64,000 nucleotides of DNA, from NCBI GenBank assembly GCA_965248925.1, contig CBDFLE010000006.1, positions 3,232,001 through 3,296,000 of the forward strand. Reading direction: 5' to 3'. This document shows, piece by piece, positions 1 to 10,600 of this stretch (the first letter of the stretch is position 1; each line of letters opens with the position of its first letter). The notes under the pieces are model-generated. The model was not told where the DNA came from and searched no databases. It worked only from the letters and a program-made list of their open reading frames with translations. This stretch comes from Candidatus Multivoradales bacterium (GTDB taxonomy: Bacteria > Acidobacteriota > Thermoanaerobaculia > Multivoradales > J023). The position numbers and the translations under genes are program-made.

Positions 1-401
1 TCATCCAAAGCAGTTTGGCGGGTAGCAGTTGGATGTTCGCGAACTTGCGCATTGCTTTCGCGGTGTTGGTCGGCTCGTGGTTGTGGATTGTTGTCTTGTC
101 CCTGCTGGCCCTATCCTTGTCGGCATGGGTGCGTTGGCGATCGGTGGCGGCGTTCATGTTGCTGGTGGTCTACTTCGGTGGCAGTTTCGTCGCCGTTATG
201 GTCAATCTATTTTTCCGCACTGATTGGGGCGTGCTGGCGGATCTGGCTCGCTCGGCGCGAAGGATCTGGTCCGGCTTGCTGGGTATCGATCCTGGTGCCG
301 GGCCGCCGTTGTGGGCTGGTTGGTTGTCGATGGCGCTGTTGGCTGGATTCTGCCTGTTCCTGCTGAGCCGCAAAGTGCGGGCCTATGAGGTGGTTCGATG
401 A
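1..401 (+). CDS. ABC transporter permease, C-terminal part (5' end outside window)
   Basis: Multi-TM hydrophobic ORF ending KVRAYEVVR; stop overlaps ATG of the ABC ATPase (ATGA). Confidence 0.8.
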   Translation, partial: IQSSLAGSSWMFANLRIAFAVLVGSWLWIVVLSLLALSLSAWVRWRSVAAFMLLVVYFGGSFVAVMVNLFFRTDWGVLADLARSARRIWSGLLGIDPGAGPPLWAGWLSMALLAGFCLFLLSRKVRAYEVVR

Positions 402-1366
402 GCACGGCCAACGGAGATGCCCCGGTCCAGGACGCGGTGGTGTTTCGCAATGTCTCCAAGTTCTACGGTGAGGTTCTGGGGGTCAACCGGGTCAGCTTGA
501 CTCTGCCCAGCGGCATCACCGGCCTGGTGGGACCGAATGGTTCTGGCAAGACCACCTTGATGAACCTGATGACCGGCTTGTTGCAGCCGACTCAGGGGCG
601 GGTGGAGGTCTTGGGAGTCAGCGCCGAGCAACCTGAGCTGCTGTTCAGCAAGTTAGGCTATTGCTCGCAGTGGGACTCTTTCCCCGCCGGCATGAGCGGC
701 TACCGGTTTATCAACTCCTACTTGCGGGTGCATGGCTATCCGGCGGCCGATGCCGAGGCTCTGACCTGGGCGGTGCTCGAGAAGGTAAAGCTGACCGATG
801 CCGCCAAGCGGCGGGTGGCGGGTTACAGCAAGGGCATGCGGCAGCGGGCCAAGCTGGCTCAAGCCATCAGCCATCAGCCGCGGGTGTTGGTGCTCGATGA
901 ACCGCTCAATGGCCTCGATCCGATGGCTCGGGCCGAGGTCATCGAGATTTTTCAGCAGTTGGCTAGTGAGGGCTGTCACGTGATCATCTCTAGCCATATC
1001 CTGCACGAGGTCGACATGATCTCCGACCAGGTGGTCTTGCTTTCCAGCGGCTACGTGGTGGCAGAGGGAGAGATTCGAGGTGTCCGCACTGAGATGGAGG
1101 ATCATCCGGTGCAGGTCTTGATGCGTTGCGACAAGCCGGCGCTGCTGGCTTCAAAGCTGTTCGAGACCGATCACGTGGCAGAGATCTCGTTACACGACGA
1201 CCGCGGCGGTTTGGTGATTCGTACTCGCGAGGCTGACCGCTTTTATCTGCTACTCAACCAGTTGGTACTCGAGCATCAGATCCGGGTCGAGACCGTCACC
1301 GTTGCCGATGCCGATGTGCAGGCGGTCTATCAGTACCTGATAGGTAACGAAGGAGAAGCACGATGA
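398..1366 (+). CDS. ABC transporter ATP-binding protein
   Basis: Walker A GPNGSGKT, signature YSKGMRQR, Walker B VLVLDEP, H-loop SSHIL. Confidence 0.95.
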   Translation: MSTANGDAPVQDAVVFRNVSKFYGEVLGVNRVSLTLPSGITGLVGPNGSGKTTLMNLMTGLLQPTQGRVEVLGVSAEQPELLFSKLGYCSQWDSFPAGMSGYRFINSYLRVHGYPAADAEALTWAVLEKVKLTDAAKRRVAGYSKGMRQRAKLAQAISHQPRVLVLDEPLNGLDPMARAEVIEIFQQLASEGCHVIISSHILHEVDMISDQVVLLSSGYVVAEGEIRGVRTEMEDHPVQVLMRCDKPALLASKLFETDHVAEISLHDDRGGLVIRTREADRFYLLLNQLVLEHQIRVETVTVADADVQAVYQYLIGNEGEAR

Positions 1367-2235
1367 GTACCGCCCAGGGGCAATCGGCTGCCGCCGAATC
1401 TATGCCCGCACTACGAGCGGAGGGACTGCGGGGTCGTCAGGTGCTTGGCATCTTGCGGCTTGAGATAAAGAAGAACTTGCTCAGTAAGCGAGTTCTTGGG
1501 GTCTATCTGTTGGCTTTCGGGCCTCTGAGTTTGGCGCTATTGCATCTTGCTCTGATGACATTCGGTCTTATCCAAGACCCGGTCACTCCCTCTCAAGCAG
1601 CCTTCGCTTTTGCCCAGCTTTTCGAGTTTTATTTGCGGGTGTCGGTTTTCTTCAGCGCTGCCTTCCTATTCCTCAACCTTTTTCGTTCAGAGGTTCAGGA
1701 ACGTAGCCTGCACTACTATTTGTTGACACCGGTACGGCGCGAGGTACTGGTGGCGGGTAAGTACGTCTCTGCCCTGCTCGCCGGGAGCATGATTTTCGCT
1801 ATCGGCACGGTGTTGACCTATTTGGCGATGCTGATTCCGGGCGGTATCAGCGAGACCCTGCGATATCTATTCCAGGGCCCTGGTTTCGGCCAGCTGCTGA
1901 CCTACATTGGTATTACTACCTTGGCCTGCGCCGGCTACGGAGCGGTTTTTCTGCTGCTCAGCGTGGTGGCGCGGGCACCTCTCTTCATGTCGGTGTTGTT
2001 TTGGGTCTGGGAGGCGCTCAGCTTTGTCCTTCCGCCGTTGCTGAAGAAGCTGACTATTTCGCACTATTTGCAGTCGCTATACCCGATTCCCTTGGATGCG
2101 CGGCTGGTGGCGGTGATGGCCGAGCCCACCCCGGCCTGGTTGTCGGTGCCGATCTTAGTATTCGTGACTGCGACGGCCCTGTTTGTCGCCGGCCTCAAGT
2201 CGCGGCGGATGGAGATCAACTACGGCGGCGACTGA
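1363..2235 (+). CDS. ABC-2 type permease
   Basis: About 6 TM segments; '[17 protein letters not shown]' ABC-2 motif; translationally coupled to the ATPase. Confidence 0.85.
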   Translation: MSTAQGQSAAAESMPALRAEGLRGRQVLGILRLEIKKNLLSKRVLGVYLLAFGPLSLALLHLALMTFGLIQDPVTPSQAAFAFAQLFEFYLRVSVFFSAAFLFLNLFRSEVQERSLHYYLLTPVRREVLVAGKYVSALLAGSMIFAIGTVLTYLAMLIPGGISETLRYLFQGPGFGQLLTYIGITTLACAGYGAVFLLLSVVARAPLFMSVLFWVWEALSFVLPPLLKKLTISHYLQSLYPIPLDARLVAVMAEPTPAWLSVPILVFVTATALFVAGLKSRRMEINYGGD

Positions 2236-2252
2236 ACCCCGGCAGCGGGTTC

Positions 2253-3002
2253 TCAGCCCGCGTTGGTAGAGCAGAGGTCGAAGTTGGCGAGGAAGCGCTC
2301 GATCGCCGCCGGGTCGGCGGTGGTGCCGCTGAGGTCGGCCTGTTCAGGGCCGGCTTCCAGGACACTGGCTGCTAATTTCTCGAACCAGAGGGTGATGTAG
2401 ACCCGCTGTTGGTCGCATTCGATCGAACTCATGCTGAAGATGCCGTCGCTGCCGTCGTCGTCGTGGTCTAATTCGCCGCGAAAGGCAGCGTAGTTCAGAG
2501 GACGTCCGTCGAGCTCGAAAGTGCCGCGGCGCAAGACTTCACCACCGCGAATACCGAACTCGATTTTCTCCAGCACTTCGGCGTTGTGCAGCTCCCCGGC
2601 GAGGTACTCTGTTAGCTCCCGCCGATCCTTGGCCGAAGCTCGGAGGCTGACGAAGATGAAGGCCCGCTCGCCGAGCCTGAGAGATTCGAGATCGAGGTTG
2701 TTGGCGGGGTCGCCCGCGGCCACCTCGGTAGCTTGCTCGCCGCTCGACAGGATGGTCATGTCCATCAGCCAAGGAACGCTGAGGGTGAAGTGGGCTCGGT
2801 AACCCGGCGGCAGCTCTTCGGTGCCGAGCAGTTGGCGCGCTTTCTCGGCTTGCTTGGCCGGGTCTTCGAGGTCTTCGACCCAGTCTTTCGCGGAATGTAC
2901 AGCAGCAATCCCGCTGAGGATAATGGCTCCTACTACCAGCAGCACCAAGCAGCCGCAGCCGCAGCCGAGATACAGCCACGGGGATTTTTTTACTTCGCTC
3001 AC
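2253..3002 (-). CDS. Hypothetical membrane-anchored protein
   Basis: N-terminal KKSPWLYLGCGCGCL followed by a TM helix and a soluble domain. Confidence 0.75.
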   Translation of the reverse strand: MSEVKKSPWLYLGCGCGCLVLLVVGAIILSGIAAVHSAKDWVEDLEDPAKQAEKARQLLGTEELPPGYRAHFTLSVPWLMDMTILSSGEQATEVAAGDPANNLDLESLRLGERAFIFVSLRASAKDRRELTEYLAGELHNAEVLEKIEFGIRGGEVLRRGTFELDGRPLNYAAFRGELDHDDDGSDGIFSMSSIECDQQRVYITLWFEKLAASVLEAGPEQADLSGTTADPAAIERFLANFDLCSTNAG

Positions 3003-3103
3003 CTTGTTGGGATCTTACGGCATCGTGAGGAGCTAGGTTTGCCCTCGGTGTTGCTCACCATCGCTCGTCGGTTTATCCGGCACTAGCGGCATGATGAGGG
3101 TGG

Positions 3104-5041
3104 CTACATCTTCTCTGGCACCGGCACGCCGAGCAACTCAGTGAGCTCTCCCAGGGCGTTGCGGAAGATCTGGTTGGTGGCTTGACGCACGGCTCGCAGC
3201 TCGGCGTCTTCTGCCTTGAGTATCGGGTGGCGATTGTAGTTGCCGTGGAATTTGCTCGCCAAATCGAGGGCGTGGCGGGCGATCAGTGACAGCTCCAGAC
3301 TGTCGGTGGCGCGTTCGACCACTTCTGGAACCTGAGTCGCTGACAGCACCAGGTCCCACAGATCGTCGCTCCACAGCTCAGCTCGGAGGGCGGCAACCTG
3401 ATCGCTTTCGACTTCCGTTGGCAGACCTGCTGCCGTCACTTTACGGCGAATGTTGCGCTCGCGCACCAGCGAGTACTGCAGGTAAGGGCCGGTTTCGCCT
3501 TCGAAGGCTAGCGCTTGATCAAGGTCGAAGGCAATCACTCGGGTGGTGGTGGCTTTGGCCATGAAGAAGCGCAGCGCGGCGGTGGCGATCTGCTGGCCGA
3601 GCAGGTCGAGTTCCGCTGCATCGAGGTCAGCGTAGCGCTCGGCGACCGCTGCACGGGCCTTGGCTTCGAGCTGGTCGAGCAGGTCGTCGGCCTTGACGCC
3701 GATCCCCTTGCGGCCGGACATTTCGAGCGAGGTCTTGCTATCCTCCTCGGTGTCGTCCAGGTAGCCCAGCAAGCGAGCGGTGGACTTGGACAGCGAGACC
3801 ATCTCGTAGGCGAAGTGGACCGAGCGTTCCGCCTCCTGGTTGTGGCCCAGTGATTCGAGACCGGCGCGGACGATACGCTGCAGGTAGCTCTGCCGCGCGT
3901 CGATCACGTTGATCACCTTTGAGCCGCCACCAAAACTCGGTGGTTCGGCCTCGGGGTTGGCTTCGGAAGTGGTCTGCCACAGTTCTTCGTCGGTCCAGTA
4001 GCGGTAGTGGAAATCGAGCCCCAGGAGGCCAAACTTCCACATCTGGTAAGCGATGTCTTTGCCCACGTAGGTGACCGTGTCGTCGGAGCGGACGATCACC
4101 TTGTCGGGGTCTTCGAGACCCTGGAATTCGGCACTCTCCGCCAGTGGCATCACCCAGCAGCCTTCATTCTTGCCCTCAGCCTCGAGGCGAATGGTGCCTG
4201 AGTGGCGCAGCTTGTCGAAGGCGACGCGGAAGAAGTCGAGCTTGAGAATGTCGCTCTCATGGGTCAGCAGGTCGTAGCCGACACCGAGGCGCGCCATGGT
4301 CGCCAGATGACAATGCACTACTCGCCGGGCCACCAACTGGCCCAATTCGGCCCGCGGACCGGTGCCACTCTCCAGCTGGTGTAGGGTCTGGCGGCGTTTG
4401 TGGCGGCGCTCAGGCTCGGCTTCATACCAGCGACCCACTTCGCTGTAGAGATCCCAGCAGACATAGTCGAAGGGATCTTCGATGGCTGCTACTTGCTGCG
4501 CATCGAGGCGCCGCAGATCGAGGAAGCCGACCACCACGTCGGCCAGTTGGACGCCGGTATCATCAATGTAATTCTGGACTTCAACCGGGTAGCCCTGGCG
4601 GCGCAGGGCGCGGGTAAGGATGTCGCCGAGTACCGCGTTGCGCAGGTGGCCAATATGAGCCGCCTTGTTGGGATTGATATTGGTGTGTTCGACAATCAAC
4701 TTTGGGCATGCGGCCATGTCGCCGGTGGTGGCAAAGAGTTCGCCTTGCAACAAGGCCGCCGCCACCGCGCTGCGGTCCAGAAATAGGTTGAGATAACCGG
4801 CACCTTCGACCCGAATCTCGCGCCCATAAGGTGGCAGCTCGAGGTCCTCGAGGAGTTCGCCAGCGATGTCGCGCGGCTTGCGCTTGAGCAGCCGAGCGAG
4901 GTGTAGCGGGGCGGCCGAGGCGAGGTCGCCGAGCGAGCGCCGGGGCGGCATCTGCACCACCGCCTGATGGTCGATCTGGTACAGCTGATGGATGCGCGCG
5001 GAGAGCGCCTCGGCAAATGCAGTCTTGAACTCTTTCAGCAT
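3104..5041 (-). CDS. argS: Arginine--tRNA ligase
   Basis: EHTNINPNKAAHIGHLRN (HIGH), MSGRKG (KMSKS-like), GETGPYLQY, C-terminal PEKM; start set at ATG 5041. Confidence 0.95.
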   Translation of the reverse strand: MLKEFKTAFAEALSARIHQLYQIDHQAVVQMPPRRSLGDLASAAPLHLARLLKRKPRDIAGELLEDLELPPYGREIRVEGAGYLNLFLDRSAVAAALLQGELFATTGDMAACPKLIVEHTNINPNKAAHIGHLRNAVLGDILTRALRRQGYPVEVQNYIDDTGVQLADVVVGFLDLRRLDAQQVAAIEDPFDYVCWDLYSEVGRWYEAEPERRHKRRQTLHQLESGTGPRAELGQLVARRVVHCHLATMARLGVGYDLLTHESDILKLDFFRVAFDKLRHSGTIRLEAEGKNEGCWVMPLAESAEFQGLEDPDKVIVRSDDTVTYVGKDIAYQMWKFGLLGLDFHYRYWTDEELWQTTSEANPEAEPPSFGGGSKVINVIDARQSYLQRIVRAGLESLGHNQEAERSVHFAYEMVSLSKSTARLLGYLDDTEEDSKTSLEMSGRKGIGVKADDLLDQLEAKARAAVAERYADLDAAELDLLGQQIATAALRFFMAKATTTRVIAFDLDQALAFEGETGPYLQYSLVRERNIRRKVTAAGLPTEVESDQVAALRAELWSDDLWDLVLSATQVPEVVERATDSLELSLIARHALDLASKFHGNYNRHPILKAEDAELRAVRQATNQIFRNALGELTELLGVPVPEKM

Positions 5042-5194
5042 GGCCGAGGGAGTGTACACCATCGTTTGGCAGCGGTTTTCAGTGATTTGTGGCAGCTGAT
5101 TTCTCCCCTCTGCCCATAGCCTGATAAGATTGTCCCCACGCCAACCAGTACATAAACGCGGGGTAGCGCTGTCCGTCAGGAGACTGAGGAGAGA

Positions 5195-5737
5195 ATGGAA
5201 CGGAGAAAACTGTCTATTCAACTGGAAGGGACTCAACTTGAGCTCCTGGAAGGGGATATCACCGAGCTCGACACGGAGGCCATTGTCAATGCGGCCAACG
5301 AGGATTTAGAGCTTGGATCTGGAGTCGCTGGGGCAATTCGCGAAAAAGGCGGCCCGGCGATTCAAGAGGAGTGCAACCGCATCGGCAGCACCGCCGTGGG
5401 TACTGCGGTTATCACCGGCGCTGGCGAACTCAAGGCCAAGCATGTGATCCATGCCGTGGGTCCGCGCATGGGCGAGGGCGACGAGGATCGCAAGCTGGCT
5501 TCTGCCATCCGCTCCTCGTTGGCGGTCGCCGATCGGCACGGCCTGAAATCGATTGCGCTACCGGCCATCTCGACCGGCGTCTACGGCTTTCCGATCGATC
5601 GCTGCGCGCGTATTTTGCTGACCGAGGTCTACCGCTACCTGCAGGGCGGAACCAAGATCGAGCGAGTGGTGGTTTCACTGCTCGACGACGCCACTTTCGA
5701 GATCTTCAAGGGTGAATTGCGCCGCGGTTTCCGCTAG
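5195..5737 (+). CDS. Macro domain (ADP-ribose binding/hydrolase) protein
   Basis: GDIT, AIVNAAN, GSGVAGAI, VIHAVGP, PAISTGVYGFP; RBS GAGGAG. Confidence 0.93.
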   Translation: MERRKLSIQLEGTQLELLEGDITELDTEAIVNAANEDLELGSGVAGAIREKGGPAIQEECNRIGSTAVGTAVITGAGELKAKHVIHAVGPRMGEGDEDRKLASAIRSSLAVADRHGLKSIALPAISTGVYGFPIDRCARILLTEVYRYLQGGTKIERVVVSLLDDATFEIFKGELRRGFR

Positions 5738-5748
5738 TCGGCCGCGGC

Positions 5749-6189
5749 TCAGGCCATCCGCTCAGCGACTTTCTTCAGACCCCGCAGGCTGGCGTGCAGG
5801 CTGAAGCGGGCAGTGTCGTTCTGCCCAATCCAGCCCATGGTCAGGATGGCCAAGCCGGTGAAGACGCCGCGCAGGGTGACCCGGGTGCCCGCGGGTTGGG
5901 CTTGTAAGCGCCACGACCAGGTGCATTGAACCAATGCTGAGCGGTGGGTGAGGCTCAACTCCTTGCCTGTGGTGAGCAGATCGACCTCGGGGTGAAAGGT
6001 CATCTTTCGCTGCCGCGGTTGCACCACCAACTCGAGTTTCGAGCCCTCTTGCAGCTGCCGTTGATCGCCGCTCGAGGCGGTGACGCAATCTGCCCACCAG
6101 GTTTGCCAGATCGAGGGGTTGACCAACAGGCCCCAGATGACCTGCGGCTCGGTGGCGATGGTTGTCGAATGCTGAGCGATGATCGCCAC
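5749..6189 (-). CDS. SRPBCC/polyketide cyclase family protein
   Basis: N-terminal 'TIATEPQVIWGLL...WQTW' and C-terminal 'LRGLKKVAE' typical of SRPBCC. Confidence 0.75.
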   Translation of the reverse strand: MAIIAQHSTTIATEPQVIWGLLVNPSIWQTWWADCVTASSGDQRQLQEGSKLELVVQPRQRKMTFHPEVDLLTTGKELSLTHRSALVQCTWSWRLQAQPAGTRVTLRGVFTGLAILTMGWIGQNDTARFSLHASLRGLKKVAERMA

Positions 6190-6231
6190 TGCTGAACTCC
6201 TTGGCAGGACTTTCTGCGGATTTGCCGAGTC

Positions 6232-6651
6232 TCAGGCCACCAAGTAGGCGCTGACTCGGATCTGCAAGCGGGTGCGTTGAGCGAAGCCGCTGCCGAAGAG
6301 GGAGTAGGCGCTCACCGCTCCCAGAACCGGCAGCACGATCCAACCATCAAAGCACTCACCCGCGCCGTAGGGTGGCACCACCGGCTCGACTTCTGCCAGC
6401 TTTACCCAATGTTCTTCGCTGGGGTCGAACGACCCGCGTAGCTCGACGTAGGCACGATCAAGATCGATGGTGTGTTGGGTAGATGGCAGCCAAATCGACA
6501 TCACGAAGCGGGCTTCGTCATAGGAAGCTGTTTTCAACCGTGCTTCCCCCTGCTGGACTAGCGGATAGTGAAAACTACCCGAGCTGTCGCTGGCGAAGAT
6601 TTCGGGGGTCGCGTCGAAGTGGATCTGGAGCGGCGGCGTTTCGCGGCTCAT
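6232..6651 (-). CDS. Hypothetical protein
   Basis: 139 aa ATG ORF, co-oriented with neighbours; no motif recognised. Confidence 0.6.
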   Translation of the reverse strand: MSRETPPLQIHFDATPEIFASDSSGSFHYPLVQQGEARLKTASYDEARFVMSIWLPSTQHTIDLDRAYVELRGSFDPSEEHWVKLAEVEPVVPPYGAGECFDGWIVLPVLGAVSAYSLFGSGFAQRTRLQIRVSAYLVA

Positions 6652-6742
6652 CGGTCAGTATCTCCTGGGTTCTGCCATCGGCTGCAGAGCCAGCTTGCTC
6701 CAAGCCCTGGGACAGATTGGCGGGCAGCCTATCATCCGCCCC

Positions 6743-7465
6743 TCAGCCTTTCCGCGGCTCCGGTTTCTGGTTCTCAGGCTTAGGGTTGCTAGGTCTGGGG
6801 TTCCACAGTGCGACCTGGTCGAGGGGCTTGCGGTTCAGGTCAGGAACGGTGGCATCGGCGGCCGGGTAGCCTACGGGGAAGAGAATATAGGGTCGTTCGT
6901 TCTTGGGCCGACCAAGGATTACGCGCAAGAAAGCCATCGGGCTCGGGGTGTGGGTCAGGGTGGCGAGGCCCATCTGGTGAATCGCGGCGATGAACAGGCC
7001 GCAAGCCAGGCCGGTGCTCTGGGGCACGTAGTAGTTCTTGCGCTTATCACCCTGCTCATCGAAGCCGTAGAGCTCCTCGAAAGCTACCACGATCCAGGGT
7101 ACGGTCTCGAGGAAGGGTTTGCGCCAGTCGACCCCCAGAGGTCGCAGGGCCTCCAGCCACTCGGCCGGCATGCGTTCGCCGTAGCTCTTTTTTTCCTCGG
7201 CCTCAGCGGCGACGCGGATCTGCCGCTTGATCTGGGGATCGCTCACGGCGACGAATCGCCAAGGTTGACGGTGGGCTCCTGAGGGGGCGGTCGAAGCGGA
7301 TTGGATGGCCAGTTCGATCAACCGCCGAGGCACCGGCTGGTCGCTGAAAAAACGCAAGCTACGCCGCCGATCCATGTCGGCGTAGAAACGCTCGGCACGG
7401 CGCTGCATCTCGGACTCGGCCAGACGCTCTGGCTGGTAGGGGATGTGGGGATACCGAAAGGTCAA
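6743..7465 (-). CDS. Nitroreductase family, iodotyrosine deiodinase (IYD)-like
   Basis: RRSLRFFS, TAPSGAHRQPW, EEKKSY..RM..EW...L....WRKPFLETVP, THTPSPM; TTG start with GGAGAG RBS. Confidence 0.85.
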   Translation of the reverse strand: MTFRYPHIPYQPERLAESEMQRRAERFYADMDRRRSLRFFSDQPVPRRLIELAIQSASTAPSGAHRQPWRFVAVSDPQIKRQIRVAAEAEEKKSYGERMPAEWLEALRPLGVDWRKPFLETVPWIVVAFEELYGFDEQGDKRKNYYVPQSTGLACGLFIAAIHQMGLATLTHTPSPMAFLRVILGRPKNERPYILFPVGYPAADATVPDLNRKPLDQVALWNPRPSNPKPENQKPEPRKG

Positions 7466-7527
7466 AGCGAAGACTCTCCAGCCGGTCGGCGGGGGGTAGC
7501 CAGGGTGTTCGCGAGTCGCGGCCGTAT

Positions 7528-7650
7528 GGGAAACTTCACAAGCTATTGAAAACAAGAGATTCTTGTAGGGGCGCACGGCGTGCGCCCAGTGGCTCGGTTA
7601 TCGAAACCGGGCGCATGTCATGTGCCCCTACACAATCCCTTGAGGCTACT
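7528..7650. repeat. GTAG-type REP doublet (REPIN-like) with AT-rich flank
   Basis: gtaggggcgcacggcgtgcgccc ... gggcgcatgtcatgtgcccctac inverted pair, preceded by aagctattgaaaacaagaga; recurs at 10392. Confidence 0.85.
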
Positions 7651-7678
7651 ATCTTGCGAGCGAGGCGAGCTATGTTCT

Positions 7679-8746
7679 TCAGCCTTCTTGCTTGAGTTCG
7701 TCGTCGATGATCTCGGCGAAGCTCTCGAAGGAGGCGGCGCCGTTGATGAACCGGCCGTTGATGAAGAACGCCGGCGTGCCGCTGACCCCGGCTTCGGAAC
7801 CGGCGCTGAGATCCTCGTTGACGGTCTCGGCATAGGCTCCGCCGTCGAGGCAGGCATCGAACGCGGCGCTATCGACGCCCTCCAGGGCGGCAGCCATCTC
7901 TTTCAGGCTGTCGACGCTCAGGTTGCGCTGGTCAGCGAACATGGCGTCGTGCATCTCCCAGAACTTACCCTGATCGTTGGCGCACAGCGAAGCCTCGCCA
8001 GCCTTGCGGGCGTTGGCGTGCATGGCCAAGGGAAACTGACGGAAGACGATCTGTACTTTGTCGCCGTATTCTTCCTGAACCTTCTTCAAGGTCGGGTTGA
8101 CACGGCCACAGAAGGGGCATTCGAAGTCGGAAAACTCGACAATGGTGATCGGCGCGCCGTCGGGGCCCTTGCTGGGGCCGGTGGAGGCGATCTCGACCCG
8201 GAAGGGCTCCATCAGGTATTCGACCTTGTGGCTCTCTTCCAGCCGCTCGATCCATGACTGCATCGCTTCTGCCGGGCCCTGGTTCTGCAAGTAGGAGCGG
8301 ATTTGGCCTTCCACCTGCTCTTTGGGGCGGCCGATTTGAGCTTTGCGCTCTTCGTAGAAAGCGTCGATGTCGGCGTCGGTGATCGCGGCTACTTTGGAGG
8401 TGACCTCGGTTTCGATCAACTCGTCGCGGCTGATCCCGCGCTTTTTGGCCTCGGCTTCGATCAGCTTGTCCTGCACCTGGCTCTTGACTACGGAGGAGAG
8501 GATTTCATGGCGATCGCGCATAACCTTCATCAGCTGCGCGGCGGCGGCCTCTTCGACCTCCGCTTCAGTGATCGCGATGCCATCGACGGTGGCCAGCGCT
8601 TTGCTCATCGCGCCACCGGCGGCTTCTTGGGCGCTGACGCCCTCTGTGTCGCCGAGCATGTACCAGCCGAGAGCGGCGATGCCGAGGGCAGCAGCTAGCA
8701 GAACCAAGCGTTGCAGGGTGATTTGTCCACTGGATGGGTGACTCAT
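7679..8746 (-). CDS. DsbA/thioredoxin family protein with SurA-like N-terminal region
   Basis: EFSDFECPFC active site, QFPL, GVSGTPAFFING; N-terminal TM/signal. Confidence 0.92.
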   Translation of the reverse strand: MSHPSSGQITLQRLVLLAAALGIAALGWYMLGDTEGVSAQEAAGGAMSKALATVDGIAITEAEVEEAAAAQLMKVMRDRHEILSSVVKSQVQDKLIEAEAKKRGISRDELIETEVTSKVAAITDADIDAFYEERKAQIGRPKEQVEGQIRSYLQNQGPAEAMQSWIERLEESHKVEYLMEPFRVEIASTGPSKGPDGAPITIVEFSDFECPFCGRVNPTLKKVQEEYGDKVQIVFRQFPLAMHANARKAGEASLCANDQGKFWEMHDAMFADQRNLSVDSLKEMAAALEGVDSAAFDACLDGGAYAETVNEDLSAGSEAGVSGTPAFFINGRFINGAASFESFAEIIDDELKQEG

Positions 8747-8909
8747 CGCTTCTATTCTCCGAAAAGGTCGAAACTTCAGGACTCCAGCAGGACGAAAGGC
8801 TGCGAGCCGGAGTTGGGAATTCGAGCAGGCACACAAACGAAGGACAAACTCTATCACAATGACTCTGCCATTCCGCCCTTGCCACACCGCCTCCTGGCGG
8901 TCGGCAATG

Positions 8910-9749
8910 CTATTGGTTGCCAGCCAGGTGGCGACTGACCAGACCGTCGAGAATGCGGCTGTGGCCGATTCCTCGCAGGCGTAGGCGCGGAGCGTTGAGC
9001 AGTTCTTCGGCCAGGGCTAAGAGGCGAGCTCGGCGGTCGCCTTGATGATCTAGATGGCGCGCGCAGCGCACTACCGCGGCGGCGGCGGTTGCCCAAGGAC
9101 GTCGGGCGCGTGGATCTTCCCAGCCAGTGGCCCCGGCCAGCGCCTCGGCGGCGCTCAGCAGATGGATTGCGGCAGAGCCCTCGCGGTGAGCGGCGAGAGC
9201 GGCGGCGAAGTTGTTGGCAATGCTCTCTACGTGTTGCGGGTCCAGCTTCTCGCTGGCGCCGAGAAAAAGATTCAATGAGCGGCTGCGCAAGGTGGGCAGC
9301 AGGTCGAGCTGGGTGGCGGCGAGCAGCAAGAAGTGGCGCGGGGTGCGTTCGGGGGGTTCCTCGAGGAGCTTGAGTAGGGAGTCGGCGGCCTCACCGCTCA
9401 AGGTGCTGGCTTCGGCGACCACAAAGACCTGGCCGCGAGCTTCGAAGGGGGCATTGTAAGCCCGTTTTAGGAAGCGCTTGGTTGCGTCTGCCGAGGTGGT
9501 GGCTCTCAGGTCGCGCAACAGTACATTGAGGTCGGGGTGGAAAGGGCTGTTGGCCTTCTCGGGCCAGGCGACGCGGCGGCAGTGTTGGCATTCGCCGCAG
9601 GGGCGTGCCGGCGGTTCGGCGGCGCACAGCAGGGTCTGGGCCAGCTCGATCGCCTGGCTTTGCCGTTCGCTGGCGGTGCCGCCGTGCAAGATCACCCCAG
9701 GGTAGAGGCGCCCCAGCCGCGCCATCTCGATGGCAGCTGAGCTGCGCAT
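8910..9749 (-). CDS. holB: DNA polymerase III delta-prime subunit (degenerate Walker A)
   Basis: Zn motif C...PCGECQHCR, HPDL, LLKLLEEPP, LLPTLRSR; follows tmk with a TGATG overlap. Confidence 0.8.
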   Translation of the reverse strand: MRSSAAIEMARLGRLYPGVILHGGTASERQSQAIELAQTLLCAAEPPARPCGECQHCRRVAWPEKANSPFHPDLNVLLRDLRATTSADATKRFLKRAYNAPFEARGQVFVVAEASTLSGEAADSLLKLLEEPPERTPRHFLLLAATQLDLLPTLRSRSLNLFLGASEKLDPQHVESIANNFAAALAAHREGSAAIHLLSAAEALAGATGWEDPRARRPWATAAAAVVRCARHLDHQGDRRARLLALAEELLNAPRLRLRGIGHSRILDGLVSRHLAGNQ

Positions 9750-10402
9750 CAGCCAACCCCCAGGAGTTTGCCCAGGATCCCTTCGACCTGGCGCCAAGTT
9801 GCCCGCAAGCTACCGCTCGAATCTACTCGTAAGATGCGCTCTGGCTCGTCGTTGGCCAGTTCCAGGTAGCGATCCCGTACCCGTTCGTAGAAGTCCAGAA
9901 CCTCGGCATCGAGGCGGTCTACCCCGCCTTGGCGGTCGGGCGCGCTGCTGCGCTCCCGAGCCACCGTCAGGGGCAGGTCGAAAAACAGAGTGAAGTCCGG
10001 CTGCCGGCAATCGGTGGCCAGTCGATCGAGTTCTTCGATCCACCGTCGGTCGAGCCCGCGGCCTTGGCCCTGGTAGGCGTGGGTCGAATCGGTAAAGCGA
10101 TCGCAGAGCACATGCTGGCCGGCATCCAGGGCCGGTTCGATGACTTGCAGCAGGTGCTGGCGACGGCTGGCGAACACCATCAGGGCTTCGACCCGGCCGT
10201 CCAGCTCACCCCAACGGTGGTCGAGAAAAAGGGTGCGGATTTCCTTGCCGAGAGGGGTGCCACCGGGTTCGCGGGTGGTGCGAAAGCCCAAATCGTGGGC
10301 TTTCATCCACTCCCCGGCGCGCTGCAGGTGGGTACTCTTACCGCTGCCATCAAGACCTTCAAAGGTAATGAAGCGGCCGGTGTTAGGTCTCGGGAAATTC
10401 AC
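9749..10402 (-). CDS. tmk: Thymidylate kinase
   Basis: FITFEGLDGSGKST, REPGGT, LCDRFTDSTHAYQG. Confidence 0.95.
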   Translation of the reverse strand: MNFPRPNTGRFITFEGLDGSGKSTHLQRAGEWMKAHDLGFRTTREPGGTPLGKEIRTLFLDHRWGELDGRVEALMVFASRRQHLLQVIEPALDAGQHVLCDRFTDSTHAYQGQGRGLDRRWIEELDRLATDCRQPDFTLFFDLPLTVARERSSAPDRQGGVDRLDAEVLDFYERVRDRYLELANDEPERILRVDSSGSLRATWRQVEGILGKLLGVG

Positions 10403-10600
10403 AAGCTATTGAAAACAAGAGACATTCGCAGGGGCGCACGGCGTGCGCCCAGTGGTCCGGTCATCGAAACCGGGCGCATGCCATGCGCCCCTACGCAACC
10501 TCTTGAGGGTACCTGAAAACCAAAATTTTTGTAGGGCGCACGGCGTGCGGCCAGTGGTCCGGTCATCGAAACCGGGCGCATGCCATGCGCCCAGTGGCTC
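10392..10600. repeat. Two tandem copies of the GTAG REP doublet
   Basis: Near-identical to 7528-7650; copies start at about 10428 and 10531. Confidence 0.85.

Noticed and set aside
10392-10600. Possible CRISPR array
   Set aside because: Only 2-3 palindromic units with near-identical spacers and no cas genes; it fits REP elements
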